A stretch of 50,212 nucleotides of DNA, the filler included, from Sphacelaria rigidula (Eukaryota), in assembly GCA_964200075.2 (NCBI GenBank). It is 3 parts of 3 records of this genome, joined end to end, with 100 filler letters (N's around TTAATTAATTAA, not from the genome) between each part and the next. Parts side by side here need not be neighbours in the genome. Positions count along the whole stretch, not along the records: positions 33,544 to 50,212 come from CAXNAA020001281.1; 2 more parts are not named here. The stretch is one strand, 5' to 3'. The notes under the pieces are model-generated. The model ran no database searches. It was not told the DNA's origin and was given only the letters and a program-made list of their open reading frames with translations. The position numbers were made by a program, and so were the translations under genes. Shown one piece after another: positions 34,391 to 47,900 of this stretch. Every line of letters begins with the position of its first letter. Position 1 is the first letter of the stretch.

Positions 34391-37300
34391 ATGAATCAAC
34401 GAAACCCAACCGCCATCGGTTCCGCCGCTCAGGACCCGATTCCGCCGCAACGCGAGGAGGATGACAGGACAGATCCTTTAGATACGTACGCCTTTTGTAC
34501 ACCTACACGCGCAGCGAGCAAGGTGACAGTACGGGCAGAAGCTGGTGTCCTAGTACAGCATGCTCGTGGCTCATCTCCCTCGAATGTCGACGAAATGATA
34601 TCTGTTGAACGTCTCCGACAGGAGTTAATGGCGAACCTGAATATTGTCGAACAAAGTCCTGTTGATAATCAAGGTAGACCGCCGTCCACCGTTGTCTCTC
34701 GCAATCACAACATCCCACGCCGTCGTCAGCTCCTTGGACGCCGCCCGACAAGCGCAGGTAGTGCGAGACACAGCCAGGTTGGCATTGGCGAGGACCGAGT
34801 AAGAGTAGGCATGGATTCACATCGATGTGCGTTTCAGCAGAAGAGGAATTCGACTGCTCAACAACGATGCCTTAGCCAGGGAAAAATCGAGGCGTGCGGT
34901 GTAGGAGGGAGTGCAGGGGCTGGTGGGTCCATCAAGGATTACGGTGCTCGTCCAAGTAGTGCCAAATCCCGAGCTTATCTTTGGCGAAACCGCCCAGGGA
35001 CTCCGAATATATCGACTGAAAACGGTGGTGTTAGTAGTAGGGAGATGGACGTGCTGATGAGGATTTGTCAAGACCAGGGCAAGGGTCGCTCGTTTAACCC
35101 GACGGACTTCGATTCCAGGTATAAGTTACGAGCTGGTTCATGCTCATCACGTAAAAAACACTCGTCGGCAAACCTCACGTCGTTTTAAGGAATTAGACCC
35201 TGACATTTTGCACACGTGTTATATTGGTCATTACACAACTTTTGAAGGTCGACTTTTTTTCTCTTTTACTTTTTTACACTCTTCACCGTTTTTCGGGGGT
35301 CCCAGTTTTTTCGGGAAAACTTCGATACAATCGGACACCCGCAAAAATGGTGAATAAAAACTCGTTCATCCAAAGGTTGCGTAATGACCCATGGCAAAGT
35401 TGTGCAAAAATTAAGAGTCTAACCCCTTAAATCGGCGTGAATTTTTTGCGTTTGTGCGATGAACTTTGCCGTGCCAGGGTGAAACCGCAAACTACTTGAT
35501 TTTAGTACGAAAATGGCGTTTTTGGGCCTTCTTTGACGTGAACACGGAAATTCGATCATTAGTTAATCGATTTTTGCCACGAATATTCGTGTGACTCTTC
35601 CTTGGGTCATACGGCGACAGCTCGTTTGCGAAAAATGAAAGAAAAGTCGCAATGCCGAGACTTTCTACGATAGCGCCCCCCTCAAAAGTGCCTGGTTTGG
35701 GGAGGCAAAATCTTCATGTAAATCAAAATGGGAAAAGCCGAGCACAACGAGCAGCTGGGAATTCCTACGATTGGGTTCGTCCTCGCCGATGTCGCCAATA
35801 CGAGGCGCTTCATGCAGCCTGAACCCAAACATCAGGCACTGTATGTCCATATTTTTTGTGATACTGTTGGGCTCGTTTGGGAGGGAGAGCTATCGTAGAA
35901 AGCATGAGCCGGTTTTCAGGGGTCCCAGAGTGGAGACTACTTGAAAAACGGCTTGGATCCATCCGGACCCCGAAAAACGGTAAAAAAGACATGGAGTGAA
36001 AAAAACTCCTTCGTCGAAACTTGCGTAATGATTCATAGCACATTTGTGCAAAGCTTCAGGGTCTAACTCCTAGTGACTGCGAGAAGGTTTGCGCGTTTGC
36101 GCGAGAACGTAAGCTCGAAACGTACAACTCTTAAGTACTTGATTGTAGTATGAAAAAAAAGTTGGTGAATTTTACGTCAAGGCAAGAAAAATTATACTTC
36201 CTCTCGGCCATTTGATAAGCTCGCTTTCAGGTTTTGAGGTATAACTCCTGCCTATCTTCGACTTTGTCCAACGTTCTTTTTTGCTGCACTCGTGGAGTTT
36301 TGGAAAAGAGCTCAAAAACGAGGTCTTTGCTGAGTCCCCAGAAGATATTCACCTACACTCACGGCAACCAGAGGGTGTCGGTCGCGCAGAACGAAAATCT
36401 GCCGGTTGACAGCCTCCCCATCAATTTTTGGAAAAACGGTTTTGCTAATATTTTTATACGCGTTTCGGAGAATCTCCCCAAACCGTTGTTTTTTAAAATC
36501 GGACCACCACAGCCTTATTTGAGCACACAGCAGTCAGCATACCATCAGGCGGCAGCCGTCAACAAGCGAGGACACCCTGCGGACCCCCTTCATGAGCTGT
36601 GCAGATCATGTCGATGAACCAGGCTGCTGTTAGTGCGGTTGGTGCAAGTTCCGCTGTTGTCGGCGCGGGTTCTACTGCTGTTGGTGCGGGTTCGAGTGCC
36701 TCAGGGACTGGTGCTGGCTCAGTTGCACTACTGCTGTTGTTTGACAACGCGCCTACCGCTCCCGTATTTTGGCGACAAATTCATTGTTTTCTCACTAAAC
36801 CGTCGTGACCGTGTTTTGAACCGCAAGTGTCCTGCTTTGGGTCGGTCTCTTTCGTTAAACGGCCGTGCACCTCTGAATTCAGGGTATAATTATCCATCTC
36901 GGAGGGCCATATCATGTTGTCCCCGTGTCTCGAAGGTTAGCTTTTTCTGATACGCGTTCCCAATCACTTAAAAACACACTGCGTGGGTGTGAACATCGAC
37001 AACAAAGGTTTTTTGCACCCGCCGTATCGCACATTGTCGCAAATTTCTGCGAAAACCGGTGCCCTCCTACGAAAAGGTCCATTAGATAAGCTCACTTCGT
37101 GCTGTTTTCACGCCGGGGACGATAACTCGTCATCCCCGTATCATTTGTTTTCTTCAAATTGATGCCAGTCATATGTGGAACATATGTTGGCGGTTGGACG
37201 GTCAAACGCATTTGTTTGGCTGAGTTATCGCAATACAACCAAGTGAGCTTATCTTATGGTCTTTTGAAAGTGAGCTTGTCTAATTGCCGAGAGGAAGTAT

Positions 37301-40300
37301 GATGTTTTCGAGTTGCTCGACCAAACTTTGTACATGCCTTCCTGGGACTATTCTGGGACGCATCTTACAATTATTTTGTCTTTTAAGGCATTCTGTATCG
37401 CCTTCTGGGTGTCTTTATCCTGGGACCCCCGGAAGTCGGTAGAGAACGGAGAAATTTCGAACTCTTGTCAAGAATATTTATTTTCCATTTGGAGCATCAC
37501 TACCTACGGAATTGCCAAGTTTGCGAGTGATCTGAGGTCTTCTACTCCAGATACAAGAGAAAACGTCACGAGGCTCTCTGGGTCTTTCGTGCGTATCATT
37601 AGTGGAAATTAGACGACGACGAGACTCCACATTACCGAAATATCACGGTTTCGGGTATAACTCGACCCACTTGTAACCGTTTTCAAATCCGTTTTTCCTG
37701 TTAGACTCCCGAGATGATGGCGGATACTACGATTTAAAGCATGTGGAGATTCGGTGAAACTTGGGCTTGAAATTCGTGTTTTCAATTTCACAACAATTTG
37801 AAGGGCGCGATTGGTCGAAGTACCTTTTCGCCCTTAGCGCTACTAGTATGGCCTCAAACACAAATCCAGCTATGTCACGCTCTTCGGTTGTTTATGGTGG
37901 TCAGCATGATATCATGTATGCGACTACTGGGTAGGTTTTGGGAAAGGTATTTGCTGGTGACACGATTTTGGGTGATGAGCGTGAACAAGCTCGTACGCGT
38001 GTTGCAACGCTCAACCTCGTAGCTGAATGTAGGCCACAAGTATAGCGCACAGTACTTGTGCGTACGTGAAAGAATCTTCCGTCACGTTTGTGTGCAGTAG
38101 AGGCATGGCTCGGTGTTCGTTGCACATCAAATATTTACTGCAGAGCCACCATCCGCCGAGGTAGCCATAGAATCTGTTGCCATTTCCACACTGTTGTCTT
38201 ACGAAAATCCAACGCCCACAGGCATGGCTTCGAGCCTACTGCGTTGACGCTGCCCTTTCACCGCGTTCATAAAACCGCCGTTCATCCCTTCTGCTATATG
38301 TTGTACAGTGTATCGGCCATCATCAACTTGCCAGTTGGTCCTTTTATGAGTGCGGCAAAGGATGGTTGGGGGCAATATTTCCGGGCGCTTCACGGCAAAC
38401 AAGTGGTGCACGACCCACGAGGCAAGCGCGACCGCGAAGGTGCCTCGAGGGCGTCATCGCGGGTCGATATATCGAGGGCTAAACGACGGCAACATGACAA
38501 GAGACAAACAACAGCGAGAAGCCATCCATTGTCAGCATCCTCGCCAAGAACGACAACAACCTGTGAACAAATCGGCACCACCGGCGTGAATCCTAGGAAA
38601 CCCCAGCGTAATTATCGGCGACGGCGGGCGAGCGACTCCGCTGTTGACGATAACGAGGAGTCATTGTCGGCGGGGGAATCCAGAGTGGGAGCAGGGGAAC
38701 GGAGACAGCTTATTCTGCAGGACGACTCCATCCGACGAATGGCGACTCGCTTGCAGATACTGTGGAATGAGCTCAAAATTCCACAGCCGGACCGAGCCTA
38801 CATCACTGCGACGTATCTAAGGGGGAGTCTTTCTGTGGCTACTAGAGGCAAGGCCAGCAACTTGGGTGGGAGAACAACCGTAGCGCGGCTACACAGAAGG
38901 CCTACGAAGGAGGAGGTGCAGAGTGAGCTGATGCGACAGGTCACTCTTCTTTTAGCCTATCGAGCTGCCACAATCAAGGTGTGTGTACAACAACCATGAT
39001 ATCATCTGTGAGAGCAAGATCATGACGTGTCTTCTGCGAGGAGAACCTGCATGTAGGCCTACCTTCGCGTCTGTAAGTTTTTGCCGTGCATAAGCAGTTG
39101 CTTTTGACCACATGGCATGAAAACCGCAGGCAAAAGTATGCAATGTTGACATCTCAAGTCATTGGTCTGAACTTGTTCGTCCGTCTACATCCATCCTCTA
39201 TTATCGCACCCGTTCACAAATTATTTTCTCTGCTATGCCTCCCTCCACTGGTCGAGGACAGGTGCTACAGACGATCGACGAACGAGAATCGAGACTGACC
39301 GAGGTGAAGCAAGCCCTTAGATCATTTCAGTGGCACAGGGGACGTGACATGGACGCCGATAGCCTATTGGCAGCGCTAATGGGACTTCGTGATACCTCTT
39401 TAAGGGTCGTTCGCGCAATTATGGTGCGTTGTGAAATTCGTTTCCTTGCCAACATTTTCGACAAGGGGGTAGGAATAATGTTGATAGAGGGCGCGGAGGT
39501 TTGGCGTAGATTGTAACGTTGGCCACGTCTGAGTGTCGTCAGGTTGCAACATCAATCGATGGTATAGGTAGGATTCGCCGAATACTATTCTGCAGACTCC
39601 AAAGGTGATAGGAATATCCAGTTCACATTGATGGTTGCTTATATCGGGATATGTGCTCGGTATTAAGAGTACCGACAAGCTCGAAACGTCACACCTCACA
39701 GATGGCGTGGGTCGAAATCCTTACGCTTTGCGCAGGCATGGAGACGCCAGCTTTGGCAGCCGCGAGCATTCTGTTGGAGAAATGTGAAGTATCTCGAGAA
39801 GATGGCCCAAGATGCCGGATTCCTACGAACTCCCGTCGGAGAAAACCTTTTGGCGTCGATAGGCCTGACCACCACTGATATGGTGAGTGTGTTGCGAGTT
39901 GCGATATGGCGGATGAATTGCAGTTGCCGCGTTCGTCATGTGGTGTACAAGTCACTGAAGAGGGGTGGAGTATGTACCTTACTTTAGCTGTAGGAGTATG
40001 GTGACATTATGGTACAACTTTGTTGATGAGTGCAAATTATGTAGATGAACTGCCGCTGATGGCTGTTACAGTTGATGATTCTGAGGTTAGTGCATTCTCG
40101 TGGTTCACTAGAAGGTTCTTTCTCGTAACTGTTTCCCCTCTCAGAAACTTCTTGTCACCAATGACAATGAGGAAGAATCGCTTCACTCAATCAGTATTTC
40201 ACCAGCAAGAAAAGCGAGCGAAGTCTTCACCACGGACAAAGACAACATATTTTTCCATTTGTAAGGCATATACACTCGGTGCTTGGTTTGCACTTCTACG

Positions 40301-43300
40301 GAAGCAAGTAGAAGCAAGAGCCCTACAGCACACGGTGTCTTCCGCAGCTTGTGGGTCCTTCCTGCTTTATTTGTTACGTTTCCTTCTTGCGCCTCCGTGC
40401 CCGAAACTGTCGATTTTCCAGATATTTGTGCTATTTCCCGTAACGAGCAAGGGCAACAACGCCGAAAATATCATCGGTGGGAGTTCTGAAGACTCTACTG
40501 CCAAGTCAGATGCCACCATGACGGATGTTCTCCCGCCTCCAAATATCGTACGGCTGACACCGAAGGCCAAGTTGGCTACTGAGTACAGGTTGCGTTTTTT
40601 CTGCGATTTTTTGCGCGATGAAGGCGATATCGCGGTGGCCGCCACCGCCGGCCCAGGGTCTCCAGCGGTGGACACCGCCACAGCCACCACCACCGCGGCT
40701 GGGATAGCTAAGGAGGAGACGTTAGTTGTACTTCAAGAGACAGCCCTACAGAACCGTGTGCGAGAAGAACGGAAACGTCTGGCTACCCAGGTCTGGCGTC
40801 TCTTGAGATCATGCGCTCCTAGATCGTCCTACTTTGTGCCGCAACATTCGTCGTGTAGTAGCTCTCGATTACAAGTGATTTACGCCCAATGGACGTCTTG
40901 TAAGACGAGACACGAGAAGGGGTGGTCACCGATGGCTCGGTTGGGTGCTCAGGCATCTCGTTGTGCCGTCCCACGTTGATATCTAGCAGGTGTCGCACTC
41001 GTTTTGTTCACTCCACTTTGCAGGGCTGCTTCGTTCCACTGCTGCGTTGGCTTCCGGTTGAAAAGAACGTCTCGAAACGAAGGCCCCATTCTGCCACTTC
41101 TGCCTTTCCGGACTCCTCCCGAAGAACTAATGGTACGGCCGCGGTGACGAATGGCATTTACGACGAGAGCAGCGTCAATAGGCCAGGCGGAGGTCAGAAT
41201 GATAATGTGCAGCCAACAATACCAGCAATGTCGTCGGCGTCGGTCGAAGACGAGCGAGGAGGGAAAGTAGGAGCGCACGAAGAAGGGCGGAGATCCTTGG
41301 CGGAGACTCATGAGGCGGACAGCGGTAAAGGTGCCTTGATGGACGGGGAAGGGGTGCACCACAGCCGGGGCAGACCCCACCATGTGTTTGACCTCGAGCG
41401 AAGCGGGGAAGATCCGACCGCTCTACAGGATCTGGCTCTAGAAAAGGCATATCTGAATACAAGAAGTAAAATGGACGGGGAAACGAAGAGCTCGCGAACG
41501 TCGCGGCCTGGTTTTAGGGGCAGCTGTGTCAGACTAAGCCGCTGCTCAAGTGGCGACTCGAGCGACTTGAACGGCAGGGAATCAGCTCCCATCAAACACA
41601 AGGAGCCCACGGAGCGGAAACAAGCAGAGACACATCGTGGAATGATTATACCTCTGCCTGAACGAATGCGACAACCACTGAAGGATCAAGCACCGGAGAG
41701 CTTCTTGGAACCGCCCCGTACTGGTCTTGCGGACGATGTCGAAGCCACACAAGTGAAGCGGAACAGTGGTCCTCCAAGTGGCCTGGAGATGTCCGCTGGA
41801 GTCGAAACGCGCAAAGAAGCAAACGATGTGCCCGCACCAGTAGTCCGAGATTCTCAGCAGTCGATATTTCTAAACAATAGCCATATCAACGTTGAATCCT
41901 CCGGAGCGGAGGCCGGACAATTAACGGCAGGCGGTAAGCAGGAGGCGCACAGCCCATCAAGTCATGAGGTAGGCGGTACATGGGATGATCCTGCGACCAG
42001 CGATGTTCATGAGGATGACGATACCGAGAAAACGACGATCAGCAACGCATCCTCATGTTTCGGAGATGACGTTCCAAGCCGACAGGTACCTCACGATGGT
42101 CTCATGGTAGGTACCCAACCCCAGTCACGAGATGGAATGCATGAGAGGAAGGAGACGGGAACGAGGGAACCGGTTCCTGAACCGAGTATCAGCAGCCTAC
42201 TGTACGACGACGATTTTGAGGGTGAAGAAGGTGCTGACTACGTCTTCACCGATTCAGAAGGCTACGACAGCCAGGGGCAGGGCGACACGGAAGATGCACC
42301 GACGTTGCAACGGAGTGTAACCGCAGAAGCAAGCCAAGGCGCAGGGGCCTTTACTACTGATGCCGGCGCTAGTGGTAGAGACAGGAGGAACGCGGCCGCA
42401 TCAATACAGCGCGCGTGGCGACATAAATCGGCTGTTGAAAGGAAATCGATCCTGTCGCGGCAGCGGCGGGCGGCACAGGAAAGCGCGGCTGCCCGAATAC
42501 AGTCGGCGATACGACTTGCAGCAGCACGAAGACGGCGGCGGGAAAATAATGCCCGTCGGTATAATAGTGCGGTGAAGATTCAGGCCCTGGCGAGGCGGCG
42601 GGTGGCCGAACGCCAGGCGCAAACTCGACGAATAAAGAAAACGGAAGCACTCCTGCGAACCCAGAGCTTCGCCGAAGAAAAGCACGCGCTCACGGAGGAG
42701 AGAGAACTGCGACGTCGTCAACATCGCCATCGCCCCAGAGAGGTTGCTCGCGATGAAACCGATGATGCGGCGGTCAAGATACAACGCATGGTGCGGCGGC
42801 AGTTGGGCGGTGCCGATCACGAACCAACAACCGGTCATCAAAAACCGGACAGGTACGAAAACGACGAGGCAAGCCGTTCAATTACGCTAGAACCACGGGA
42901 ATCCAAACAGAAGGAAGGATCGGGGACATTGGCGGCCACGCTATTGAACGAACACGCAGCAAAAACCCAGCCGCTGGCACGAAGGAGAACTGCGGTGCGG
43001 GAAGTCAGACAGGAGCAGCATGAGGAAGAGACGCAAAAACGAAAAAGTAATGGCTTTGAAGATGTTAACACTGGGAGGAACCAGCAGGAACGGCAGGGCC
43101 AGCAGGAGCTACGGGAACCAACTTCTGAACGAGACGATAATCTCGACAACAACACCAACGCTGCTCGTCGACGAGATCCACTTCCATCGTTATCTCCCGT
43201 CTCCGATGCCACTGCCGAAGCCGCAGCCAGCCAGTCGCCGTTGCTGGGACCCCCTTCGCCCTGCTCTTTGTCCGGCGGCGAATACGATGATTCCTTCCAG

Positions 43301-44026
43301 TCGTCGGAGATACCAAGTAGAGGCAGCGGTGGCCTGAGTCTTAGTAGTGACGAGAGCAGCTCGGTAACCGGTACACGACAGGTGCCACGACCATGCGGTG
43401 AACAACAACAACAACAACACAAGATGGGACCTCTGTCGGACAGGCCTGAACAAAGGCCGACCGACACTCGACCATCTACTCCTCCCGAGGAAGAGATACC
43501 GTTATTGACAGCATCATTATCAGTCTCTCAGATGAAACCTGACGGCAGCAACAACTCTGTCGCCGATCTAAACGTTGCATCTTCCAATCTGTGTAATCCT
43601 CAACCTCGCCGAAGCGACGAATCGTTGATGAGCGGGCTTCGTTCACCGATCGACGGTGGCAGCGGCGAGGGTGGCGGTGGCGGCGACGGCGGAGGCTCAG
43701 CCTATGGTGGCCAGGAGTGGAGAGGTAATTTGATAGCTTTAAGTCCGGTGTCGGAAGAAAAAACAGTTGTAGATACCTCAGACTACGGCTCCGACGACCT
43801 CGCCTTCGACGCCCTCTCCGACACCAGTGACAGCGCTAGTCACGCAGGATTGCCCACAGATATCGACAACGTCAATTCTGGTGATGCGGAGGGAAGTGGG
43901 GTCAAGGGCAGTACCGGACGAGATCTCGTTGGCGGTTGTATTCAGGAAATGGGCCAAGATACTCCTGACAAGCCAATCTCTGACGATAGTGTACTTTCGA
44001 TTGATATGTCAAGTAGTAGCGATTAA
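34391..44026 (+). CDS. Six-exon IQ calmodulin-binding motif / coiled-coil hypothetical protein (about 1700 aa)
   Basis: Frame-consistent GT-AG chain: 34391-35118, 38309-38978, 39262-39423, 39736-39882, 40422-40790, 41024-44026. The helical core reads RLQILWNELKIP...ATIK|VLQTIDERE...VRAIM|AWRRQLWQPRAFCWRNVKYLEKMAQDAGFL. IQ-like motifs AAASIQRAWR, AAARIQSAIR, SAVKIQALAR and AAVKIQRMVR lie at about 42390-42800. Confidence 0.8.
35129..37993. mobile_element. 2.9-kb TA-flanked TIR element (Tc1/mariner-like, non-autonomous) in intron 1 of the IQ gene
   Basis: TA|CGAGCTGGTTCATGCTCATCAC ... GTGATGAGCGTGAACAAGCTCG|TA (20/22 TIR match). Has an internal ~220-bp direct repeat (about 35290-35510 and 35910-36150) and is related to 13394-14486. 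Confidence 0.85.
35661..35902. mobile_element. MITE, CTTTCTACGATAGC-TIR family, copy 3 (nested)
   Basis: CTTTCTACGATAGC ... GCTATCGTAGAAAG, with the interior colinear with 15857-16093. Confidence 0.8.
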
Positions 44027-44947
44027 TTGCCGTGTGCAACCTTTTACAACGAAGCGTTAGCACTGTCTTGTGGAAAGAAGCGCAGCATTATTGTACCCTG
44101 TCTTTGGTAGCTCGATGTGTATGTGTTTCCCCTGTTGCTGTTCAACTGAAGAAAGAGAAGGATGTAAGAATGTGCGGCAGTCTTCCCTGTTGTAGTGGTC
44201 CTGGTTGTTTTCCAGCAAGTCGTATTTTGAAGCAATATTCTGTTTTGTACACCCCGACTCCCGTGACGAGCGACTGGCAGGCCGCATGTGCGTATTACTG
44301 TATCCCAGGAACAACGGAACACTTGAAAATGACGATATATCAACTGCAGTATCATCGATCACGGGAGCACGTTGCAAGTCAGCCGTCGGAACGAGCGAGC
44401 CCCTCCATCTATCGACCATTAGATTCTCGCACCAACAGGATTCGCCATGTGAACTCGCGTCGAACAAACTGTGGCCACCGCTCTTCCTCTTCACCGCGCC
44501 TGTCCATCTTCGCCGCCGTATCTTATCCAAATGTTTTTTTCACTGCGGATGGAATCAACAGTGTCCAGACTTTAGGACCTTTGACTCACCGCTACTAACG
44601 CATGAATCGATCAGCGCTGAATCACCCCTCATGCTCCGAGCTGTCGGTCTTCGGACGGCAGGTTATATCGCGAACACCCAACACGTTCTCTTGAGGCGCC
44701 CAATAAACGTGACGGTGTCTTGCACGAGTCTCACACAACGCCGCATCACTAGCATGCTCTCTATTTTCCTGCTCTAAGTAATCGAAAAGTATCCCCTTTA
44801 GGTATGCAGTATGTATCAGCTTTTGGCTCAGACCAAGTGACAACTACGCATACGTCTAGCAAAGATTTACCGCATTCAGTGCTAGCGCCTCGTTGCTACC
44901 AAACACCCAGCCTGCGAGAGAACAAGGAAAATAGATACGTTTTTTTT

Positions 44948-47900
44948 CTAGTAGACATCGGCGGTTGTGTCCTCGATGATGTCGATGATGCGAACGGATG
45001 CGTCACCTCCCGCTACCGCCACCTTTTTGGACTGCACAGGGGAAGTCAACAAGCATGTACGGGCACCGATTTCGCAGAGTGAGGCTAGTCGACCTTTGCG
45101 CCGTGCTACAGAGCGATATATGTCCAAAACGTTGTGATGCTTCACTGGATCGGCTTGTATAGCTGTAATGGTGAAGAGGAAGCTCGTCGGCGGGCATTTA
45201 GTTCGACGCGAGGGTGTCTTTCTGCTCGACATAATCGCGCAAAAGTCCGTTCGTCGCCCGTCTTCTGTCGAGATGGCTGCGCACATACAATCATACCCCC
45301 GGTGCCCTAAGTACCAGATCTTCTTTGGTACAGAATCGCAAGATGTGTCACCATCCTTGTGAAAAGCAAACTAAAGCAAGAAAACCTGTCGTATCGCTGA
45401 GTTGTGAGGGTGCGAGATCAGCAGTCGAAAATACCGAGGTGTGCGTCATCGTGGGTATCAATTTTCAAACGAGACGTTTGTTGTAATCGATTACAAAAAA
45501 TAGCAAAGATGGCTAAAACTTGAATATACCACAATTTGGACGCTAAACCATGTTCAGCTTCATTTCTTCACCAGTAAACCCCCCGCGACTCCTTTTCTTC
45601 CGTGTACAGCCCCGATACCTCGAGCCAACCTACCGAATACTCACATCCCCTTTAGGACAGAAGTCGAGAGTGAACACCCCCCTCGATAGACCGGTGACGG
45701 TTCCGACCAGCTGGTTTCTCGCGACGTGATCGAAGATCTGGGAAGCGCGCGGGTAGTCAACACCATCAGTTTAGTGCGAGGCAATTTCGCTGAGCAGGCA
45801 TGCACCCGGGTAAGACGGACGCGATGAAAACACCGCCACATGAGAGATCCGATCCCTCAACTTTCACCATCGCGATAGCATGACAGTCGCCGGCGCTAGG
45901 TGGGGACGGGTATTCGATCTGACGCTCGCAAGATACTCGAGGGACTCTGGTTCTAGCTTGGAAGTGAATGCAGCACAACAACACGACCGTGTTTACCTTA
46001 GCTTCGTTCGCGCCGCTTCCCCCCGCTGCGATATATCGTCCACCATCGGTGGCCGAGCTAAACTGCGCCGTGTAAATGAACGTCGGCTGTGTACCCTGAG
46101 CGATAGTAGCACCAGGGTGACGTGCACGAAACAAGAGAAATATTTCAGCACTGCATCAAAATTTGGATGCTATAAGGGGGTTATATCGTGCTGTCACGTG
46201 TTGATCATGCCACGCGACACTTTTCGGAAGGAGCTACCCTAGCATCATTGCCTGCAGCTGGCACTTCACGTTTCTTCTACGCTGCGCCGTACCCCGTTAC
46301 AACCAAAACAGCACAGTGAAATAGCATTCTGATGCTTCCAGTAAACCCGGATGGAAAATGGTTAAAGGCTAAGCGGCGGTCGTGGTTTACATCAAAGGTA
46401 TCAAACTGGATTTATTATTTATTCACGGAAGACACAATCAGTACGGCTTGATCCTGTCACAGCCATCTACCATATTTCCCTTCATATCAGATTCCCTAGG
46501 TCCCTTGAGCGCCGTCATATAGATACGTGGGCCTGACACTTGTTTTTCGAACACGGTGCCCATTCTCCATGTGGACGTACGTTGGCGGTCCAAGGGTTGC
46601 GGCCAAGGCGGGGATAGCGCGACCTTACTCGGATGTTGTCCTCACCGCAGAGCCACGGCACCACCGTTCAACGAAAGAAGGCCTGCTGAGTGCACATGTA
46701 TCTCTCTACGTGGTCATGATTCACCTGGATCGAGGACCGGTTCCACGCGATCGTGTCTTTCAGTTCTCCGGTCCCATAATCCCATATCTCCAAAGGCGTA
46801 TTAGGTCGCCTGCTCGCGGGTACATTTGCGTATAGGTGTGGGTGAGAATAGATTAAATATGAGGAAGGCGTATCGCTAGAGTAGTCAGAGACCTCCGGGA
46901 GGAGACTGCCGTCCTGATGCCGAAGGAACTCCGAGGCTGGCGATGATTTACTCTTGTGTATGTAGGCAAGAAGTGGGGTCAGACTAGAAGTGGTCGCCAG
47001 AGACGACCAGAATCTCGGGGATGTTGGACCGTCCTAATCTTAGGCTCTTCCAGGCATCGCCCCGAGTTGTCTAGTTACGTCGGCATTACAGGGTCCTCGG
47101 TGATCTGGTCCTTCCGGGCCGTTCCTAACTCGTCCCTGCTTGCGCTGGGTCTTCATACATGTGTGGCATCAGTCTCTGATGTGTCACTGCAAAGAGGTAT
47201 CCTCCACAGAAAGGCATATTGTGCTGCTGGTGCTCCTCGACGCTCACGGACAACCCAGTGGAAACGGCCACCTCCATATATTTCCAGCGATCGTGCCACG
47301 TACGCATGATGGGCTTCGCCCGTCTAACGCACGGGGAATGTGCGCGTGAACACCGTGAACCGTGCGTACTCCAGTATGAGTCTGGTTTTTCGGCACCTAC
47401 GCCTGGTAGTGTAGTCGAACGATTTGCAACGATTAAGGATGTCACTAGGTTGGGATCAAATGAATGCCCCTTTGCTTGATGAAAATGTGCCCGTTGATAC
47501 TCTGCTATGCCATTGTTTCCTACCGCGCCAAATCATCAAAACCATCACCATCTTTCCCCCCCCCAACCGAGCTCATTCGTCCCTTTTACATCGACACGTC
47601 GACATACAAGAGTGAACGCTATCGCTCGCGGGTTACCGTTCACACTCGCCATGATCCGGTGAGTATCTCGTCCCCACAGATGTCTACCGAGTCCCCGCTG
47701 ATGTGGGGGCCGAAGATGCTTCTCACGGAATGTCCAACTCGCATGTCCCAATACTGAATGGTGTTGTCCCACCCTCCTGTCAGAAGAACCTGTTGGTAGA
47801 GGTGTGCGTATACATGTGTTTCACCTATTCGATTTTTTCGTTTAAAGAAGTGTTTTTGGAACCACGTTCGAAGTTTCTTCGTACAAACGAGTTGGAACGG

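Noticed and set aside
44032..44843. Overlapping 150-190 aa ORFs between the convergent genes
   Set aside because: Mostly non-ATG starts, no motifs, and located where both 3' UTRs are expected.
47125..47479. Possible LINE 3' remnant in a WD40 intron
   Set aside because: The resemblance is too weak to support by eye; no clear RT motif.
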